Below are positions 34,749 to 37,632 of a DNA stretch of 37,632 bases, in pieces. Source of the DNA: Tubiluchus corallicola (lineage: Eukaryota > Animalia > Priapulida); the NCBI GenBank assembly GCA_030141605.1, contig JAQGDQ010002437.1:1-37632 (forward strand), in the 5' to 3' direction. Every line of letters starts with the position of its first letter. The first letter of the stretch is position 1. Made by a program: the position numbers and the translations under genes. The notes under the pieces were generated by a model. It saw only the letters and a program-made list of their open reading frames with translations. It did not search any database and was not told where the DNA came from.

Positions 34749-35747
34749 TTATTCGATAGCCTGGATACGGTTTATAAGGCCAAGTTCCTGAGTATTTAGA
34801 AGCTTTTGCCAAACGGGCTGCATAGCGGCGACAAAGCTATCAAGGTTAACTTCATTAATTTTTGCGCCTTCTTTTGTAACGAGCTCTATACTTTTTTCCA
34901 CACGCTCATCCCACGCTTTGCGCATGACCTGTACAGAGTCCCGCGCGGCGTTTTGAAAGATTTCTTTTTCCTTTTGGGAAAGTCGGTTCCATAATTTTTC
35001 AGAAACACAGAGCATTTCAGGAATAACCATATGTCGATCCAGAGAATAATAAGGCGCGACCTCGTGGTGAGCTTGTGATTCATAAGAGGGCCAATTATTT
35101 TCCGCGCCATCGACGACTCCTGTTTTAATGGCGGTATAGACCTCGGAGTAAGGAATAGGTGTTGCTCTGGCGCCAAGGGCCTCTACCATAGCGACAGCGA
35201 CGGCGGAATTTTGGACACGGATTTTCATACCGATCATATCTGCGGGGGTTACAATCGGCTTTTGGCGATTATAGAAAGAGCGAGAGCCAGAGCCGTACCA
35301 CCCCAAGCTGACAAAGCCGTATTTCGCGACTTCCTGGTTAATTTCGGCGCCGATTTTTCCGTCCATAACACGGTACATATGTTCCGGCGAGCGGAAGACG
35401 TAGGGCATATTTAAGACTTTTAAGAGCTCGACTGTCTCGGAAAGAGGCGCGAGGTTAAAAACAGCCCAGTCTACAGCGCCAAAGCGAAACTGATCAATCA
35501 CACTGTCCTGAGCGCCAAGAGTTCCGGAAGGAAAAACCCTTAACGTATATTTTCCCTGTGTTAATTCATGCACACGATCAGCGAAATTCTGCATACCGAT
35601 AACCACGGGGTAATCATTAGGATGAGAAGAATATCCTCTTAGCGTACGAGCTTCTGAAAATGAAACGGCCAATAGGCATACTAGGCAATAAAGAGACGTG
35701 ACGAGTATACGATCATAGCGATAGTGTTTTAATTGATTTATTTTCAT
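34749..35747 (-). CDS. dctP: TRAP transporter substrate-binding protein
   Basis: Signal-like N-terminus; FPSGTLG, GMKIRVQ, EVYTAIKTGVVDGAENN. Confidence 0.95.
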   Translation of the reverse strand: MKINQLKHYRYDRILVTSLYCLVCLLAVSFSEARTLRGYSSHPNDYPVVIGMQNFADRVHELTQGKYTLRVFPSGTLGAQDSVIDQFRFGAVDWAVFNLAPLSETVELLKVLNMPYVFRSPEHMYRVMDGKIGAEINQEVAKYGFVSLGWYGSGSRSFYNRQKPIVTPADMIGMKIRVQNSAVAVAMVEALGARATPIPYSEVYTAIKTGVVDGAENNWPSYESQAHHEVAPYYSLDRHMVIPEMLCVSEKLWNRLSQKEKEIFQNAARDSVQVMRKAWDERVEKSIELVTKEGAKINEVNLDSFVAAMQPVWQKLLNTQELGLINRIQAIE

Positions 35748-35801
35748 GTGAGTGCCCCTCTATTTAAACGAGTTTTTAATTCTTACTACTTCTTAATCTG
35801 T

Positions 35802-35830
35802 AGTATCTAGAAATAAAAGGTGTTTGTCAA
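35802..35830 (-). promoter_or_regulatory. Candidate sigma70 promoter for dctPQM
   Basis: TTGACA-17 bp-GATACT on the minus strand. Confidence 0.5.
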
Positions 35831-36384
35831 TAGCGCGGGAATGAATTATCCGTCCTCTTAAAAATATTATTTCCATAGTTTAAACGCGGTTTATAGGATT
35901 CAGTTTCTAGTGGTTATAAGATTTTTCTAGGTCATGGGTTTCATAGCGGCAAAATTCTGCGTGCTGGTGAGCATAGGATAATCGTTGGGGTGAGCGGAAA
36001 CTGCATTTTGATATAACGAGTATTTCTAGAGAATGAAATTGTCAGTTTAAGTCTGTGAGGCGGTAAAAAGATGAAATGGGCGGATCCGATCGTCCGGAGC
36101 GTAGAATATAGTGTTTAGTAGGTTTAATTTATATCAATATTTTTAATCTTTTGAGGAACGTTTAAAAATTTCCTGTCTATTTTTTAAGTTTACAATAGTA
36201 TAATATTAGGTTGTTTAGAGGTAAAAAGTGTTTGTCAATAGTATTTAGGTATGTGCTATCCATAGTGTTTTTGTGGCGCTTTCAGGAATGTAATTAAGGG
36301 CTTTGAAGTTTTTTCATGAAGGTGTAAAAGGGTCCGCAAGCTTAGGTTATGGAATAGAGTCCTGAGGATTAAAATGAGGTTCTT

Positions 36385-36660
36385 ATGTTTTCGTTAGGGT
36401 GGATGGAGCTTTTTATTGTCATGGTTATTTTGCTTGTTGTTATGAAACCGGCGGATCTTCCGGGAAGCGTTGCGAAAATTGTTCGTTTTGTTCGTTATGC
36501 GCGTCAGGTTTCTACAGAGATTCTCAGCGATATTTATCAGGCTTCCGCTGTTGAAGAGGCAAGGCAGGCTGTACAGAAAGCAGAGCGGGAATTTAATAAA
36601 ACGCAAAGAGACATGGTGAAAAACATGCCTGAAAATGGACAATCTTCTGAAAAAAAATAA
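36385..36660 (+). CDS. tatB: TatB-like Sec-independent translocase subunit
   Basis: MFSLGWMELFIV...VVMKPADLP N-terminus followed by an amphipathic helix. Confidence 0.72.
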   Translation: MFSLGWMELFIVMVILLVVMKPADLPGSVAKIVRFVRYARQVSTEILSDIYQASAVEEARQAVQKAEREFNKTQRDMVKNMPENGQSSEKK

Positions 36661-36831
36661 AGAATTAGCTTGCGGAAGAGAGAAATTTTATATAGAAATA
36701 TACTAGCTTTTTTAAAGTATTATAGGAAGCTGAGATAATAATTTCTGCTGGGTATATGGTCCAGCTATGCTTGTCGATAAACAGTGTGGGACAAGTTGAG
36801 AAAAGCCAAAGAATATGGAGATGAATTAAGA

Positions 36832-37329
36832 ATGCCTTTTTATGAAAATGTTTATATCACCCGTCAGGATTTCTCCACGAGCCAGATTGAGAATATGGTG
36901 GAGAAATTCCAGGAGCTTATAAAAAAGTATGACGGCAAGGTTACAAAAGTAGAGCAATGGGGATTAAGAACTCTTGCCTATCCTATTAATAAAAGTCGGA
37001 AAGGGCACTATGTGCTGATGAATATTGACGCACCGGCGGCGGCTATTGAGGAGCTGGAGCGAATCATGCGTATTAACGAGGATGTTTTACGTTTTCTTAC
37101 TGTTCGTGTGGAAGAGCTGGAAGAAGGTCCTTCAGTAGTTATGCGCCGTAGTAGCGAGCCTTCGAGACGACCTTATGATAACCAATATGGTTATGAGGCT
37201 ACGGAAGAGAAAGCGCCTGAGAAAGCCGTTTCTCAGAAAGAAGAATTGGATGAGAATACAAAGAGCCCGCAGGAAGAGCCGCTTCCTGAAAATGGTGCGA
37301 CTGAGAATACAGAAGAAGGAGAAGTTTAA
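36832..37329 (+). CDS. rpsF: 30S ribosomal protein S6 with a long acidic tail
   Basis: [27 protein letters not shown]...[11 protein letters not shown]. Confidence 0.96.
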   Translation: MPFYENVYITRQDFSTSQIENMVEKFQELIKKYDGKVTKVEQWGLRTLAYPINKSRKGHYVLMNIDAPAAAIEELERIMRINEDVLRFLTVRVEELEEGPSVVMRRSSEPSRRPYDNQYGYEATEEKAPEKAVSQKEELDENTKSPQEEPLPENGATENTEEGEV

Positions 37330-37556
37330 TGAATGCAGGTCGTTTTGGTCGTCGTCGGAAAATGTGTCCTTTTTCTGGTCCTGATGCTCCTAAGATTGAT
37401 TATAAGGACACAGATTTGTTGCGGAAATATATCTCTGAGCGAGGAAAGATTATCCCAAGTAGAATCACGGTTGTTTCCGCCTGTAAACAAAGAGAATTGG
37501 CGAAGGCTGTGAAGCGGGCGCGTCACCTTGCTCTTTTGCCTTACGCTGTCAAGTAA
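37329..37556 (+). CDS. rpsR: 30S ribosomal protein S18
   Basis: CPFSG...IDYKD...[13 protein letters not shown]...[19 protein letters not shown]. Confidence 0.97.
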   Translation: MNAGRFGRRRKMCPFSGPDAPKIDYKDTDLLRKYISERGKIIPSRITVVSACKQRELAKAVKRARHLALLPYAVK

Positions 37557-37632
37557 ATCGCCGGGTAAATTTGTGGTATTTTTAAAGAGATAAGGCGGAG
37601 GATGTGAAAACCGATACAGGCTCTTCTCATAT

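Noticed and set aside
36784-36831. N-terminal extension of S6 in the ORF track
   Set aside because: S6 homology begins at MPFYE (36832), which has a GGAG upstream.

Overview
About 32.7 kb of a prophage-like integrative element (1 to ~32724, continuing off the left edge) abuts the 3' end of a host tRNA-Ala(GGC). It is followed by AT-richer host DNA of alphaproteobacterial character (TRAP transporter dctPQM, orphan tatB, rpsF, rpsR). The minus-strand backbone of the element carries a DUF2924/large serine recombinase module, its own sigma-70/ECF-like factor, a replication/recombination module (PD-(D/E)XK nuclease, Sak4/SSB-like chimera, ERCC4 nuclease, RecD2, primase-helicase, iteron-like origin), packaging/head genes (putative TerS, TerL, portal, MuF/gp7 minor head protein) and a D12-class adenine methyltransferase that the ORF track missed. 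Plus-strand modules are a PaeR7I/XhoI-type R-M system with AbiH, a Xer-like recombinase module, a Fic protein and a LexA-like repressor operon. Main observations: (1) six copies of a bipartite motif CCGAC-N16-CGGTA(A/T)GTAA, each upstream of a backbone gene, a likely private promoter for the element's sigma factor; (2) a methyltransferase in the head-protease gene slot that shares a VPMAAAA peptide with the portal; (3) a duplicated 39-nt leader element linked to an attenuator and an RBS-occluding hairpin upstream of the sigma gene; (4) a second motif shared by both recombinase operons; (5) two apparent microhomology-mediated deletions. All family assignments come from motif recognition by eye, not from database searches.
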